Origin: the human T2T-CHM13v2.0 reference genome, Homo sapiens
NCBI RefSeq assembly: GCF_009914755.1
Contig: NC_060944.1
Length of the DNA stretch: 64,000 nt
Direction: 5' to 3' (one strand)
Part shown: piece by piece, positions 17,172 to 32,744 of the stretch
How the letters are laid out: each line of letters begins with the position of its first letter
Position numbering within the stretch: position 1 is the stretch's first letter
Position numbers and translations under genes: made by a program
The notes under the pieces: generated by a model
What the model saw: the letters and a program-made list of their open reading frames with translations, nothing else
Databases searched by the model: none
What the model was told of the DNA's origin: nothing

Positions 17172-17696
17172 GTAAAAGAAAGAAAGAGGAAGGAAGGAAA
17201 AGTCCTGAGGTTGCCTACTGTGGCACATGCAAAGGGCAGAGGGCATCTTTTTGCAGCAAAAGCTGTCCAGTTATAGAAGGCATCTTGGAAGCCTTATGCC
17301 CTTGAGTGCAGCCTCCTTGGTGAGTCCCTGAGTCAGGTGGATCCCCATGATCGGACTCTAGGGTTTGGCTTGTGTTTCCGCACCAGCAAAGAGTTGCTGT
17401 GACCAGGACCGTTATGTGCATGCAGAACAAGAGTGGCGCCAGAGTCCAAAATAAAACCGTGCTGGAGCAGTGCCAGAGTGCATAAGCACAGTCTCTCCTT
17501 GTAGCCAAGGTGGGAACCACAGCTGGGTAAAGAAAGGGTTTCAGAGTGGAGAAGAGTGGGCTCCAGCCCTGACCGGATCTCTCCTGGATGAGTTCCCATT
17601 GTCTTACTTACTTCAAGGTTCGATTTTTTTCATCCATAAAATGGAATGACAATGTCTCTGGGGGCTGTGGAATTTCAGCATATGTTCAACGTGTTA

Positions 17697-18205
<509 letters not shown>

Positions 18206-18831
18206 AGTTGGGGAAGCACAGCCTGTGAAATTTGGGAAAGATTTTTTGCCTCAAATCCCGGGGCACTTTTCCATGTCGGATGTGAACACCCAGCCCTACT
18301 TCTGTTGTGATCCTTAGCATTGAAACCTGCCTCCCCAAGAAGAGAAATTTTTATTTTGAGCATTGAGCTATTCTAGAGAAACCACTATTAATGACGAAAA
18401 ATCACATTTGAGCCATGAGCAACATCTTGGGCCTTTGGTAGTCCCAGACATGAGACTTGGGGAAGGTGGTTTGGGGGTTACTTTTCCAGGGTAAATCCCT
18501 TGTCCTCCAGAATTGCCATTCAGACATAATTAATATTCTCCCTGCTTCTTCTTTCCAGAAAAAAAAAAACCCAACACATGCTTACACTTACTTGTTGGGC
18601 CTAATTGTTGTCCAAATTAGTCCTACTTTTTCAGATAAATTGTGTCTTTAGAAAAGTGTTGAAATTGGGTGGAGCTCTTAAGCACCCTTTGTGGCCGGTC
18701 TTTCACCCTGACATTGGCATGTGTGGTACCGGCCACCCATGACACATCTCCTGCCCTCCTGCCCTGAAAAGGTTCAAAGTCACAGACACACTGAATCAGA
18801 GCGCTAAAAGGGCTATAGAAAACCTGCAATA

Positions 18832-19185
<354 letters not shown>

Positions 19186-19688
19186 CCCACAATAAGTGGG
19201 GATGTGATGATGTAGGTTCAGGTTTTCTCACAGGACAGTCGACTTTGTTAAGGGGAGAGGAAAAGGGGAGATATTTCTGTAAAAGTGTGGTTCAGCTGAG
19301 AGCTTCCCACAGTTAATGCAGCGCCACCTCTTTTGCTGTATAAACTTACACAGGCCCCCTAACCTCTCTGGTCATTGTTTCATCACCTATAAATATACAA
19401 ATAATATCTGATAACACCTGCCTTGTCTATAACTTGAAGATGAGGATCAAGCAAGAAAACAGATCTGAAGACATTTTGAAAAATATGAAAGCTATAACAT
19501 ATTATAATAATAAATTACCATGTTTATTATGTCTACTACGCCCAAGCTGAAAAATGATACACTTAAAAAAAAAATTTTCTTTGAAACTGTCCACAGAGCC
19601 AGGGATGACACACATTTCTCTACTAGTTTTCTGGTCCTCATTTCAAACATACATTTGAGCTCCAAAGTCATCCTGAATTATTATATGA

Positions 19689-20046
<358 letters not shown>

Positions 20047-21599
20047 AAAAATTTTCATAATAAAATATTGGAAGGAAAAATCACCTTAACTGAAAAGTGC
20101 AGTCTTGCACATGTCTGGTGGCAATACATCTAGTTGGGGTCTCCATTTTGGAAAATAAATAAGTAAATAAAGGTAGCATCACTAAAATGCAAAACCAAAC
20201 AACAAAAAAAAAAAAGATAAAAAAATCTGACCCAGTAAAACATATTATAGTCCAGTGATGTTTGTTACAGTGTAATTTTAATAGGGCACCACTCTCCAAA
20301 AACAGAAGAATGTTAATTTGTTAAGGCACATTGCCTTGAGGAGATACTCTCCAGTCATTAAAAAATAGGTGGAAAGATGATATAGCAATCTTATGCCTAT
20401 TAAAATGCTCCGTAAAAAAAGCAACGAAGAGACAAGTTCTTATGTACTGGTTACAGAAGTGTTAAATCCTAAGGAAAACAGAAAGAGTAGAAGTACCCAA
20501 AAGAGCTGATTGGATCAGGGACTGGGATTACAGGAAGATTTTTTATTTTCTCTTATGTAAATTTTTCCTTTGATGTGGATATACACTATATTTACTTTTT
20601 AAATTTAACAAAAGCAAAAACAAAGGATTTTACTCTTTTTACTTAGTGTCATAGAAGGCTTTATACCCAGGGCCCTCAGCTCTGCAATGCTGGCAAGAAC
20701 AGCTCAGCTGAGAACACTGACCTGACTGGGTTGCCAAATGCATTGTTCGATTGCGCCTGCAGCAATGACTTTGAACACAATAGTTGCCAGGTTAAAGAGT
20801 GCCCGCTGGGCAGTCCCTACCCAGCCCTGCCTAAAGCCTATTGTTGCCTCCAGCACTTCTGCAAGGTGCTCACATGGCCAAGCTTTGAAGTTGGGTTCAC
20901 AGAGCCTGTTTCCTCAGAGCATGAAGTTTATGTTGGAGACCACAGACTTGTGGGGGTGGGAGAGGGGAAGAGAATCGAATGTTTCAAAATGAACCCGAAT
21001 CAAAATGATCCCCCAGAAATGTGTCAGGAAGAGCTAAAGACCACTTGCTGAGGGCTGGATGTTAGAGATAAAGAAACCGAGGCAGAGTCGGGGCATTTAT
21101 TTTAGAAATCGAGCCAGTGGCCAGGTCCCCCAGCCTTTGATGAACTAACCCCTTTCTTCCACCTAAACTGCTTCACACAACAGAGCCGTAAATTGCCCTG
21201 TGTTCCCAGAGTCAGGGTCACATCCAGATGATCACAGCGAAAACTCCTGGCTTCTCAACTGGAGCTGGGCAAGACGGCAGAGCCATAATTCAAGGGCAGT
21301 CGTGTGCTGTGAACTTTGTCAAGGTTGCCACCCTGAAATTTTGCCTCTGCCTGCTCCAGGGTTGCCAATGACCTCAAATTCCCATTTCTGGCTCAGGCCA
21401 CAGACTTCTTGGGGAGAAGTCTCGGTACTCATTTGAATTTTGGAAAACCTTAGATTCTTCCAGGGTACTTAACTCAAAGATTTAGCAACAATATTTCTTG
21501 AAGTCCTTTTATGGACCAGGAGCTGAGGTGGTAAACATAAATAAGACACATTCTGACCCAACAGGAATTCATGGAGACAGAAGCCCTGTAGATATGCAA

Positions 21600-21810
21600 T
21601 ACTACTGCTAATCAGCATTTGTTAGGCACTTCCTACTTGCCAAGCTCTATTCTATGAGCTTTTTCTAAAGTAACTCATTTAATCCCCCACAAAAGCTCTA
21701 TGACACAGGCACTATTATTATGATGTGTATTTCTCAGATAAGGAAATGGAGTCACACAGAAGCCAGCACAGGCAGCTGGCTCTAGACCCTGGGATCCTAA
21801 CCACTACTCC
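21600..21810 (-). mobile_element. MIR
   Basis: 'taactcatttaatcccccacaaaagctctatga...cagataaggaaatggagtcaca'. Confidence 0.65.
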
Positions 21811-24121
21811 TCACTACAGACTTTTTCTTAATGGAAGAGAAAACCTCTTCCTGTAATCCCAGTGCCTTAAGCCAATCACAGTGATGTTTTGGGTGCTTTT
21901 TCCTGTATCTTTTTTGCACATCTTTAACAGTTGTAATAATAAAACATAATAATTTGCCTTCTTTTTGTTTGTGTCACTGAGATTTATAGCAAGAACAACT
22001 TTTCTATATCACCTTTATAATCCTCACTTTCTAGTGAGCATTAAATAAGGAACTTAATCATTATCCTAATTTTGAGAAAATGTTTCTTTATAAAAAACAT
22101 TGTAATGAACATCTCTGGCTCTAAAGAATGTTTCTTATATTCGATTTTTCTCAAGCCTGAATTCTCAGAGGTAAATTTACAGAGACAAGATGTAGGAACT
22201 TTTTTTTTCTTGTTAATTGTTGGTACATACTGCAAATTTTCCCCCAAACTGTACTACAAGGCTGAATGTTTTGTCACCATTTAATCACTTATCAAGCAGA
22301 GTTTTGAAGAATGAATAAAGTATGTGAGTGAACAAAAATATAAGAAGAGTCCATGCTGATGGAAGGGAGATTATAAACAGAATGGCAAGTTCATGGAACC
22401 CCTGGAAAATAAGCAGGGAATTCTGGGATGTGAAGCTGGAGGAAGCAGAGATGAGATCGTGCAGGGGCTTCCTCACACTCCATGTTGAAGAACAGGGACT
22501 AGATTCTGGAGATAAGGGGGAACCCTCCCAAAGGTGCCAAAGAGAGCCTGTAAGGTCAGGTTTGCCAGTGAGGACAGATGTCCATGGAAGGATGAGTTGG
22601 GAGGCTGGGCTGGTGGGTGGTGGTGAGAAGGCAGTGCCCCACAGGAAACAGACCAGCAGCCACTGAGGAGTCTATAAGGAATGAGGGCAGCGGAGATGGG
22701 AATGGAGAAGCTGCGTCCGGCCAGCATGGTGGGGGATGGTTTAAACAAGGATGGAACTGACTAGGAGGGAAGAATTCAGCATGTCTCCCACATTCCTGCA
22801 CTGGATGTCACCCAGCTCAGAAACGGCACCCACATGAAAGGGAAGGCTTACAGATGGGTGTGGGAGGGTGGTTAGCTGAGCTTGAACTCGGGGCACTGGG
22901 AGAGTCCCTCAGTAGGAATACCTGATGAGAAGTAGGGCTAACTGAGGACCTGGAGCCAAGAGAGGGCCTAGGAAAAGGGCTTGACTAGAAAGCTACCACT
23001 GTTCCGGGGTGAGCTGAAGCTCTGAGAGGAACATGGTGACCCAGGGAGAATGCGCCAGAGTGGGCAGAAGGTGGACAGAAATGCACCCATTTGCCAACAG
23101 GATAGGCGAGGATATGTGAGGGGAATTTGGCAAAAAAGAATGAGCAGGAGAAGTGGCCTCCAGATGACACCGTGGAACCAGGTGCAGAAAAAAATATTTT
23201 TTTAATTACTGAAAAATGTATTCTGTGACCACAGGAGCGAGAAAGAGAGGAAGAGAGGTGAATGAAGAAGGGAGGGAGGGAGGAGAGAGAAAAGGAGGAA
23301 GGGAGGGAGAAGGGAGGGAGGAAAGAAGACAAAAAGAAGCGGCCAATCACATCAAATAAGGCGGAGATTGGCCACCATCCCAAGATGAACAATATTTGAC
23401 AATGATTTCACAACTCCCTGACTCTTAGTTTTCTTATCTATATAGTAGAAACTGTTACTCTGTCTTGACCAAATTTTTGTGGGGTTTGATTGAAAAGAAA
23501 ACTACAAGAGGGAAAATTTCCTGTAAGCCAGTATTTTCAAAAGTGTATTTTATGAAATATTCCTTAGGGTGTTGTTGTTACATGAATGAGAGTTTCTGTG
23601 GCCTCATAAAATTAGGATGTGTGTTAGGTAGATTTCTTTGCTGCATTTCCTCTGGGCCTTTAAGGGACTCATATGCAAAGTCAGTTTCCAAGAGGGGCAT
23701 CCAGTGTTTCCCAAACACATTGAGCTGTGGAACCTTTTTTTCATGGAGCACCTTGAGGAATCAGTGTCTGGAAAACCCACTCTGGGAAAGACAGTACAAT
23801 GGGTTTAATGATGTCCACCTTATCATGGGAGGATTGGAGGACATAAGCAAAGTCCCTGGCAAAGGGTTGGCAGTCAGTGGATATTCATTTCTTCTTTATA
23901 TCAAACAATGAAAGCAGGGGAATCATTCTAGAAAACCAAAGCTAAAATGCACAAAAATCTTAGGAGATAATCTTTGACCCTACATTCTGTAGCCTCTTCT
24001 GAGAAGCAGCTGTGATATGGGTTCAGATATTTAGTCTGCAACTTACTAGCTGTGTGAACTGGCAGGAGTTAGTTGATCTCTCTGAAAAATGATGCAGGAA
24101 TAAAATCCGATAATCTAGTGT

Positions 24122-24644
24122 GTGCCATCAGTTACTTCTTGCTGTGTAACACATCACTCCACCTCTCAGTGGCTTGATTAACATACATTTACGTCACAGT
24201 TTCTGTTGCAAAGCAGGCCTGGCTTAGCCAGATCCTCTGCTCCATTGTGTCTCATATCAAGATGATGGCCAAGGGTCTCCTCTGAAAGCTCAACTGGGAA
24301 ACAATCTGTACCCAAGCTCACTGACGTGGTTGTTGGTAAGAGTCAGTTTCTGAAGGCCTCAGTCCCTTACAGGCTATGAACTGGAAACTGCCCCAGTCTC
24401 TTCCTGCCCTCTCTTCTCTAACATGGCAGCTTGCTTCATTAAACAGTGAGAGAGAGAGATAGAGAGAGAGAGAGAGAATGCACTAGCAAGACTGAAGTCT
24501 TGTGTAACCTAATCATAGACACCCCCTCAATGTTCCCATATTCTCTTTTTCAGAAGTAAGTTACTCAAAAGGAGGATACTACCCACGGCTGTGAATACCA
24601 GGAGGTAGAGATCATTGGTGGCCATTTTGCAGACTGCATGTCAC
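24122..24644 (-). mobile_element. MLT1-family MaLR LTR (contains a (GA)n run)
   Basis: 'tcagttacttcttgctgtgtaacacatcactcca...ctcagtggcttga...tcacagtttctg...ggccattttgcagactgc'. Confidence 0.7.
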
Positions 24645-24974
24645 ATAGTGAGAAAAATTTTTGCATGGTAAGTCCCTATAGAGTGGCTGGCTATTCTTAT
24701 TCTTTTGAAAATCCTATCAAAATTGGTTAGTCAGTAGTACTTGCTAATTTATCACCCTAGAGAGACAAAACATCCAGGAAAATGCCAGTGGGGGAAGAAA
24801 AAACAGAAAACAGAGTAGGGGACTTGTCATTGGTGGCCTGTGGTGTACAACTTCTTGAGACAATCTTAGACTGTGACTGCAGGATCCCAGAAGGCCCTTG
24901 CTCCACAGCTTTTTACCCTCAAGGAGCCATTCTTAGAATTACACCACTAGATATCCTACTTTTGAAAGGCAAAG

Positions 24975-25170
24975 ATAATAACAGCTCATTGTTTTAAGCA
25001 TTTGACACATATTAACCCATTTAATCCTCAGAGCTGCCTTGGGAGTTAAGCTCTATTATTCCTATTTACAGATGAGGAAACTGAGGCATAAAAAGATCAC
25101 ATGACTAGTGAGCAGTAAAATACACATTCCAATCCAGGCTATGTGATCCCCCAACTTCATCTTAACCTTT
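24975..25170 (-). mobile_element. MIR
   Basis: 'catttaatcctca...tttacagatgaggaaactgaggca'. Confidence 0.75.
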
Positions 25171-27369
25171 AGAGTTTATGGTCTTTCAAGATTTGGAATG
25201 CATCGTCTCTGGTCCCTCAATGTGAATTGATTAAGGAAACCAGACTCCAGACACGCCCTAGAGATTTGGGGTGGGAGAAGAATGAGAAGTAAGAGCAGCA
25301 GAGCAAAACCCTGATGGCTTTGCCTAGAGGCACTTGCATCCATTCTGCATGTCTGTGGATGGCAGCTGGCCAAGGCTAGCTGGGTTCCTGATAAAAATTA
25401 TAGGGCGTCAGGGTCCCGGTTACCCCTTTGTGCGCTCAGAAGAATTTCTTGGCCTCTCTGAACCTCACAGTAGAAAAGGAAGTACTTAAAGCTACAAAAT
25501 CCCTAGGAGCCTTTCTTATGATCCAGAGTCCACAAATAACTGGGGCTGGGTGACCTTCAGAGGTTGAACTGGGGAGTGAGCTGTGGCCCAGTCTGTAGAG
25601 ATGACAATGGACCTTTTCACAGACTGAGGGCGTGTGTACGTGCAGCTCACAGCCAGGACACCTGGCAGCATGCATGCCTGCTCCTGAGCTTAGACAAGCC
25701 TGGGCCCTGCCACGTGAGCTTTTAAGGACACGATAAGATAAAATGTCTTCACATGGCATTTGAGGGACCTTGGTTGTCTCCTTACTTTCTCCACCCTTAC
25801 AGAGAGAGGCAATTTACAGTGCAGAAAACAGAAAAAACTTAAGCTTTTTTTCCAAATGAGTCCTGGTGGTCACAACTCATAGGCTATGAAAGCTGTCCCA
25901 GCTCTCTCCAGCCCAGTTCTGAAGACAGTGATGTTGGTCTTCGTTAACGGGTGAGTTTAGCAAGAGACAGAATTCTGTACACGTGGCTGAAGAAATAACT
26001 TGGATGAAGAGCTGAGAATCCAAGACCCCAGCCCAGATTACCCACTTCGTGGCAGAGGAGAGGCCGGCAGAGGAAGCCACCAGGGCTTCTGCCATTGTTG
26101 CCTTCACTTTGGGGCCAATTAACCACTAAGCCTAATTAGCTCTGCCAAGAACAAAGGCCAGGGGCAGGGAAAGAACAAAGCCTTCTCCAGGGACTTGAAG
26201 TTATTCTCCAGGCCTAATGTTTGGAAAGCCAGCCAGAAAGGCCTTGTGTCCTGCAGAACTGGAATCCAGCTCCCATGGGGAGCCATCGCATGAGTTGTCC
26301 ATGGCATTCTTTGAGATGAAGAACATCGTAGCCACACTTGCACTGGTGGCACACACATCACCATAATCATCCTGCTGCCTTGAGACACAGTCCCTCGGTT
26401 ACCCAACGTTTCTGTGACTTCTGAGAGTGATTCCAGTGACATCCAGGGAGCAGCAGGGTGTCAGTCTGGCATCTGGAATCAAGGAAATCAATAGACTAAG
26501 TCTTCCTGCTCCAAATGACTTCCCCAACCCCAAATAGGCAGCCTGAATTTTAAGTCAGTGTCTTCTCTGGTGTTTATATCTCTGAAGGGAAAAGAACAAT
26601 TTTAAGAAGTTTTCTGACATCAGAAGCTCCTCTCTCTTTTCCTAAACTTGGGAGTCTCAGTTTAATTCCAATTTCCCCATTTCCTATCTCTGTGATCCTA
26701 GACTAGATGCTCAACCTCTCTGGGCATCAGTATTATTCTATATAAAGTCAGGGTCATCACACAAATTTTACTGGTTTGTTTTGAGCACCAAATCGTATAA
26801 AGTATACAGTGTGCCTTGGTTTTGACTGTTTCTGAATCATTTCTGCAATGATTCTCAAAGGCATTGTGGCCTTGCCTTGTCCAGTAAGTTGAGTAAGCGT
26901 CCAGGTTTCCCAAGTCTCCCCTTTTCACTATCTGTCTAGTATCCCCCAATGACCCTCACTTTGACTCACTCATGATCACTGGGGATAATTGCCAGTATGG
27001 CCCAGCCCCTTACAGTTTTCGCCACTAGCTGGCTTACCCCACGGAGCAAAGCGTGATAACTTGGCTGATTCAGAATAACACTGCTCTACTTGCTCTGTTC
27101 AATTTTGAGACCTGTTTTGGAATTTAGACACTTCTGGTAAACCATGTGTGGGGTCTCTGCTCCCTGCATCCATGCCTCCCACACTTGGGCCTGAATGGAC
27201 CTGTGGCCTCGATTCATGACCCTGCATCTTCCCTCCTGCTCATCTTGCTAGTGTCTGCTTGGCTTCCCCCTCCAGCCTCCCACGCTCAGAGCTGATTCCT
27301 ATTGGAGATTTTATAACTGTGACCCAGAGAATTCAGAGGCTTATAGAGGCTTGGACCAGAGAAGGGTCT

Positions 27370-29250
27370 TGGATTTAGAATTTAAGCCTAAGTCAGTCTA
27401 AGATAATTCCGTTTTTACCAGCTATGTGAATTTGAGCAAGTCTTGCACCCTCTCTGAGCCTCAGTTTACTCAACTGCAAAATATTTTGTATTATATGAGA
27501 TAACATGCTTTGGATGTGTTGTATTAAATGAGATAACATGCTTTGCTCTACACAGCAGCCTTAAATGTTGCTCAATACACATATATATGTTTGTATTTCT
27601 TTTCTAAGCTAAGCATTTATTTGACTCTATTCCCTCTGTTCTCATTCTCCCCTCCAGCCTCTGCCACCAGCCACCTAACCCCACCAAAGGTGCCAATGGC
27701 TCACAATAGTCTGATTCAGTGGCCCTTTCTCAGTTTCTCTCTGGATCTTCTGAAACTGTCCAGCACCCTCCGTTTCTCCTAAAGGTCTCCTCTCTTGGCT
27801 TCTGCCTAAAACGTTCTTGAGGTTTCTCCATTCCCTCCTTTCTGGAAGACCCTTCTCTGTATCTGTGTCAGCCACTTGCCCTCAGCCTTTTCTCCATCAC
27901 CTGTGGTTCCTTCCAGGCCCCTTGTGTCCACTGTCTACCCTTGTTCTTATCACAGTGACAACTGTCAAGGTCATTGAGGACTTACTCTGTGTCAGGCACT
28001 GCTCTGAGCACTTTGCATATAGATATCCATTTCACTCACAAATAAGGTCACAGATCCTTTCACTTTCCTTTTGCAGATAAGGAAACTGAGGCTGAGAAGG
28101 GTTAAGTGGTGTGCCTGAAGTCGATCACTCAGGGAAGCATATATAAACAGGCTGTCTGGCTGGCTCTTAACCAATTGTCTCTGAGTGATCTCATCCCCAC
28201 TGAAGGCTTTTTCTACCATGCTTCCAACATCTGCCATGTTGGCCTCGCCAGCTCGACCTTTCAATTAGATTCTAGACCTGAATAGTAGTTGCCTTCAGGG
28301 CATGTCTACTTGGACGGCTTACAGGTACCTGGAGATGAATCTGAACTCATTTTCTTTCTCTACAAACCAACTCCACCCTGTCTTCTCCCACCTCACCCAA
28401 GTCAGACACCTGGAAGTGGCCTGTGCCTCCACCTCTTATCACCTCTGACAGCCAACCAAGCCACTAGTGCTGCCTCTTGAATGTTCCTCGCTTCTGCCCT
28501 CTATGCTTGGTCCCTCTGTCATTGTCTCACTTCCCACAGGCTCCATTTCTTGCTTTGGTTCCTGCAACTCCCCTAACTGCTCTCCCTGCCTCCAGTAGGA
28601 CCTCCTGCAATTTATTGTCCTCTTCAGTGCCCAGGTGCTTTTTCTAAAATTCTGTGCTCTTTGCTTAAGACTCTTCTCTGGTTAATCATTACCTTAGAGA
28701 TAACATCCACATTCCATATGGTGCGATCCAAGCCCATTTATCATCTGGCCCTGCTGTCTCTCAAATCTGATTCTCCACCACCCCTGACCCCACCCTCTGC
28801 TCCAGACTAATTGGATTGCTTGAGTTCTGTGGATAAATATAAAAACAACCAGCACTGGGTGCTCACTGGAAGCTACACAAATGGTTCTTTTCATCATTAC
28901 AACTATCTTTGATGGAGAAATTATTAATGCCTTGCAAGTGAGGCAACTGGAGTCCGAAGAGGTCAACACATTTCTCAGAATCCTTCAAAACCATTCTGTC
29001 TAGATTCAAAAACTCATGTTCTTCACCACCACACTCTAGGACACTGGCTAATTGCTCAATGCGGACCACCTTCTTCATCTTCTTTCATCCCACTCGGTTC
29101 ACTGATTTCTTTAAAGCTTAGTTCAAGGCTCAGCTCTCTGGAGAGAAGTGCTTGGCTTTTGGCCTCTGAGTTGACTCATGTCCTTATTAGTCTTGCATTT
29201 ATCCTACTTCTTTCAGTTGAAAATTCCATCGTTTATAGGATGCATCTTTG
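27370..29250. mobile_element. Cluster of MIR and L2 fragments
   Basis: MIR cores 'ctctctgagcctcagttt' and 'cagataaggaaactgaggctgagaagggttaagt' nested within pyrimidine-rich L2-like sequence. Confidence 0.6.
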
Positions 29251-29802
29251 ACTTAACATCATCTTTGCTGTAAAACAAGCAAAAGGCCCACTCTGGTAAA
29301 TGTATACAGTCTCAATCCATATCTCACTCTATATCTATTAATACCATATACATATGTACACAGGATGACTCCTATGCAAATAACTAAACCCTACATTCAG
29401 TCTCTACTCACTTGACTATATTGGTCCAATTTCCAGTTCTATTAGGCTAAGCCTCTAGAGGAATTATTATCTCATGTTGATATCAACAGTGTTTGATACA
29501 TAGTAGAAGCCCAGTGATCATTCCCTTGAAACTTGAATGGGTAAATAATAAGTAGCAAGAAAAGCAGCTAGCAGTTTTTGAAGCACATGCAAAGCACCAA
29601 GCATTGAGCTAGGTGTTTGCCATAGATCACCTTATTTTAATTGACGACAATAACAACTTATGAGACAGGGAGTTTTCTTATCTATGTCTTACAGATATGG
29701 AAACAAAAATCAGAGAGGTTAAGCAAGTCACTTAACATCCTACAACCAGAGTGATACAGAACTAAAATTTTACACCAGTTTGGCCGACATCAAAGTTTGA
29801 GG

Positions 29803-30104
<302 letters not shown>

Positions 30105-30229
30105 AACACTAAGCTGCCTTTCCAAATAATAAAGCCTCTTTCTTGCTCATCAGAAATGATGGTCAGGTTCTTACTTCTCTAACCTTCCTGCCCTCCACCC
30201 TTAGGCCAAACCTACACAGATCATTCTAG

Positions 30230-30432
30230 TTCTTCTTCTTTTTCTTCTTCTTCTTCTTCTTCTTCTTCTTCTTCTTCTTCTTCTTCTTCTTCTTCTTCTT
30301 CTTCTTCTTCTTCTTCTTCTTCTCCTTCTCCCTCTTCTTCTTCTTCTTCTTCTTCTCCTTCTTCTTCTTCTTCTTCTTCTTCGTCTTCTTCTTCTTCTTC
30401 CTTTCTTCTTCTTCTTTCTTCTTCTTCTTCTT
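30230..30432. repeat. (TTC/GAA)n trinucleotide repeat
   Basis: ~200 bp; longest pure run is 27 TTC (30242-30322), then interrupted units. Confidence 0.97.
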
Positions 30433-30689
30433 TTTTTTGTCAGTATCCCTCTTTTTAAAAAATCACACAAAAACTTGACAGAAATTCAAGCATAGCTTGA
30501 CTAGTATGAAAAATTGTAGGATTAGTATCTCCTTTGACCCATATGCCACAATCTCAATCTATTCTAACATCTTAGATATGCTGATGGTGTTTAGTGAATG
30601 TGGGGGCCACCTTATCCTCTAGGTCTTTCTGATTAAAACTCAGCCAGGGTTCATTAGTCTTCTATTTTTGTACTCCTTTCATTTGAAGT

Positions 30690-31878
30690 CTCTCGGAAAA
30701 AAATAACAGCAAAGAAATTGCCATATATAAACATATGCAACTTCAATCTATACTTCAAACCATACACAAAAAGTAAACTCAAAAGAGATAACAAACTGAA
30801 ATGTAAAATTATAAAACTTCCAGAAGAAAACATAAGAGAAAATCCTTGTGACTTAGACAAATATTTATGAAATACGGCATCAAAAACACATGTAAAAAAA
30901 TTGATAAATTGAACTTCACCAAAAGTAAACACTTCTGCTCTTAAAAAAACACTGCCAAGAAAATTTAAAAAAAGAAAAAAAAAATGCCATAGACTGGGGA
31001 TAAGGGCAATATTTGCCAAACACAGATAATGAGCTTACCTAGAATATGTGTTTAAAAACATACAAACAAACCAATTAAAATTTTGAACACTTTACCGAAA
31101 AAAATATATGGACAAATAAGTATATAGAAAAAGATGCTTAACATCATTTGTCACTAGGGAAATGTAAATTTTAACCACCATGAAATACCAATACACCCAT
31201 AATGGACTGGTTAAAAAAATGTTGACAATACCAAGATATGAAACTATCATGCATTGCTGGTGGGAGTGCAAACTGGTACAGCCACTTTGGATAATAGTTT
31301 CGCAGTTTCCTAAAACATTAATCATACACCTACCCTATTGCCCAGAAATGTTACTCCTTTTTGCCCAGGAGAAATGAAAACATATCACGTGCAAACTTAT
31401 ATATTCATGTTTGTAAAGGTTTTATTCAGAATCAAACTGAAAACAACACAAATTTCCTTTACATGATGAATGGATGAACGTTCTATAGTACATTCCTACA
31501 GCAGAATACTACTCAGGAATAAAAAGGAGCAAGCTAATAATACATGCAATAACATAGATTAACGTCAAATTCACTAAGCAAACGAAGCCAGGCACAGAAA
31601 GGCTACATAAATATAATTTTATTCATATGATACTCTGGAAAAGGCAAAACTAGAAAGATAGAAAATGGCTCAGTGACTACAGGGGCTGGCAGGGGTGGTG
31701 GGTGTGCAGGCAGGAGTTTGACCACTAAGGGAAGCCAGGGAAGTTTTGTGGCCAGTGAAATTGTTCTGCAACTTGATTTGGTTGTTGATTACAAGCCAAT
31801 ATGCATTGTCAAAACTCATGAAACTGCAATAAAAAAGGAAAACTTTAGTGTGACGTAAATTCCTTCTCAACAAAAATT
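30690..31878 (+). mobile_element. Old L1M (L1MC/MD-like) 3' portion
   Basis: 'ataaaacttccagaagaaaacataagagaaaatccttgtgac', 'ggtgggagtgcaaactggtacagccactttgg' and 'ctctggaaaaggcaaaact'. Confidence 0.85.
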
Positions 31879-32744
31879 GCATTCTTCAATAGTTGAACCA
31901 GTAGTGGTGGGAAAATACAAGGTAACAATTAGTTGAACCTTTGTCTAGAAACAGATAGATTTACCAGTATCTACAACTATTCTATGGATTAACTAGCTGG
32001 TTACATTTGACATAGATTTGAAGAGACATCTAAAGTTCAGAAACAATAAAACATGGAGGAATGCCTCTTAGAATCAAGCCTCTTAAATACACAAGTTAAT
32101 TTTGTGATGCTCAATGCATACTTTAATGTGGCCTTGTATAGGTCTGGTTTATGAAGATTTTTTTTGATTCTGAGACCATGTTTGCCAGCTCTTTCCAATC
32201 AGCATCCCTGAAAGTCTGGAGAGCATCCCTTCTATTTCTTCCCCTAAGCAGAACGGGAAATTATTAGGGCAGCTCTTGTGGCGGACAGCAGGGTGTCCAT
32301 CCGAGTGGATGCTTTCCAGCCTTTGTTCTCCTTTGGGAATTTTGCAACGGATGGAGAACAAATGCAGCGTCAGGGCTTTCGTTTCCCAAGCTGAGGTGAG
32401 ATGTGGGCCTCCCTTAAGTGTCTCAGGTCCTGGCTTGGCAATGCACTTGGGCACGGTGTGTCCCTGCTGGTCTTCTCACTCTGCCAGAAGTGGAGGGTCA
32501 GCCCTGTCCAGACAATCTGGGTTAAAAGCACAATCGCTGAGCTCAGGACATGCATGTCTTGCTTCATTCCATCGTGAAAAATATCCACTCCCAATATTTC
32601 ATTCTTAGTGTAGGAAACTCCACAGACATGAACTTGGAAAATAGTTTTCAGAGAATTACACCTTCGGGGGACTTCTTCCTCTTAAGGGTTTTATTGAAGG
32701 CAGTGCCTTTTGTGATGAAAACCAACAGCACCAAGGAGGGGAGA

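Noticed and set aside
27495-27544. Direct repeat atgagataacatgcttt x2
   Set aside because: Small local duplication inside a MIR; ordinary slippage.
30201-30470. Poly-Arg 'protamine-like' ORF
   Set aside because: Translation of the GAA repeat.
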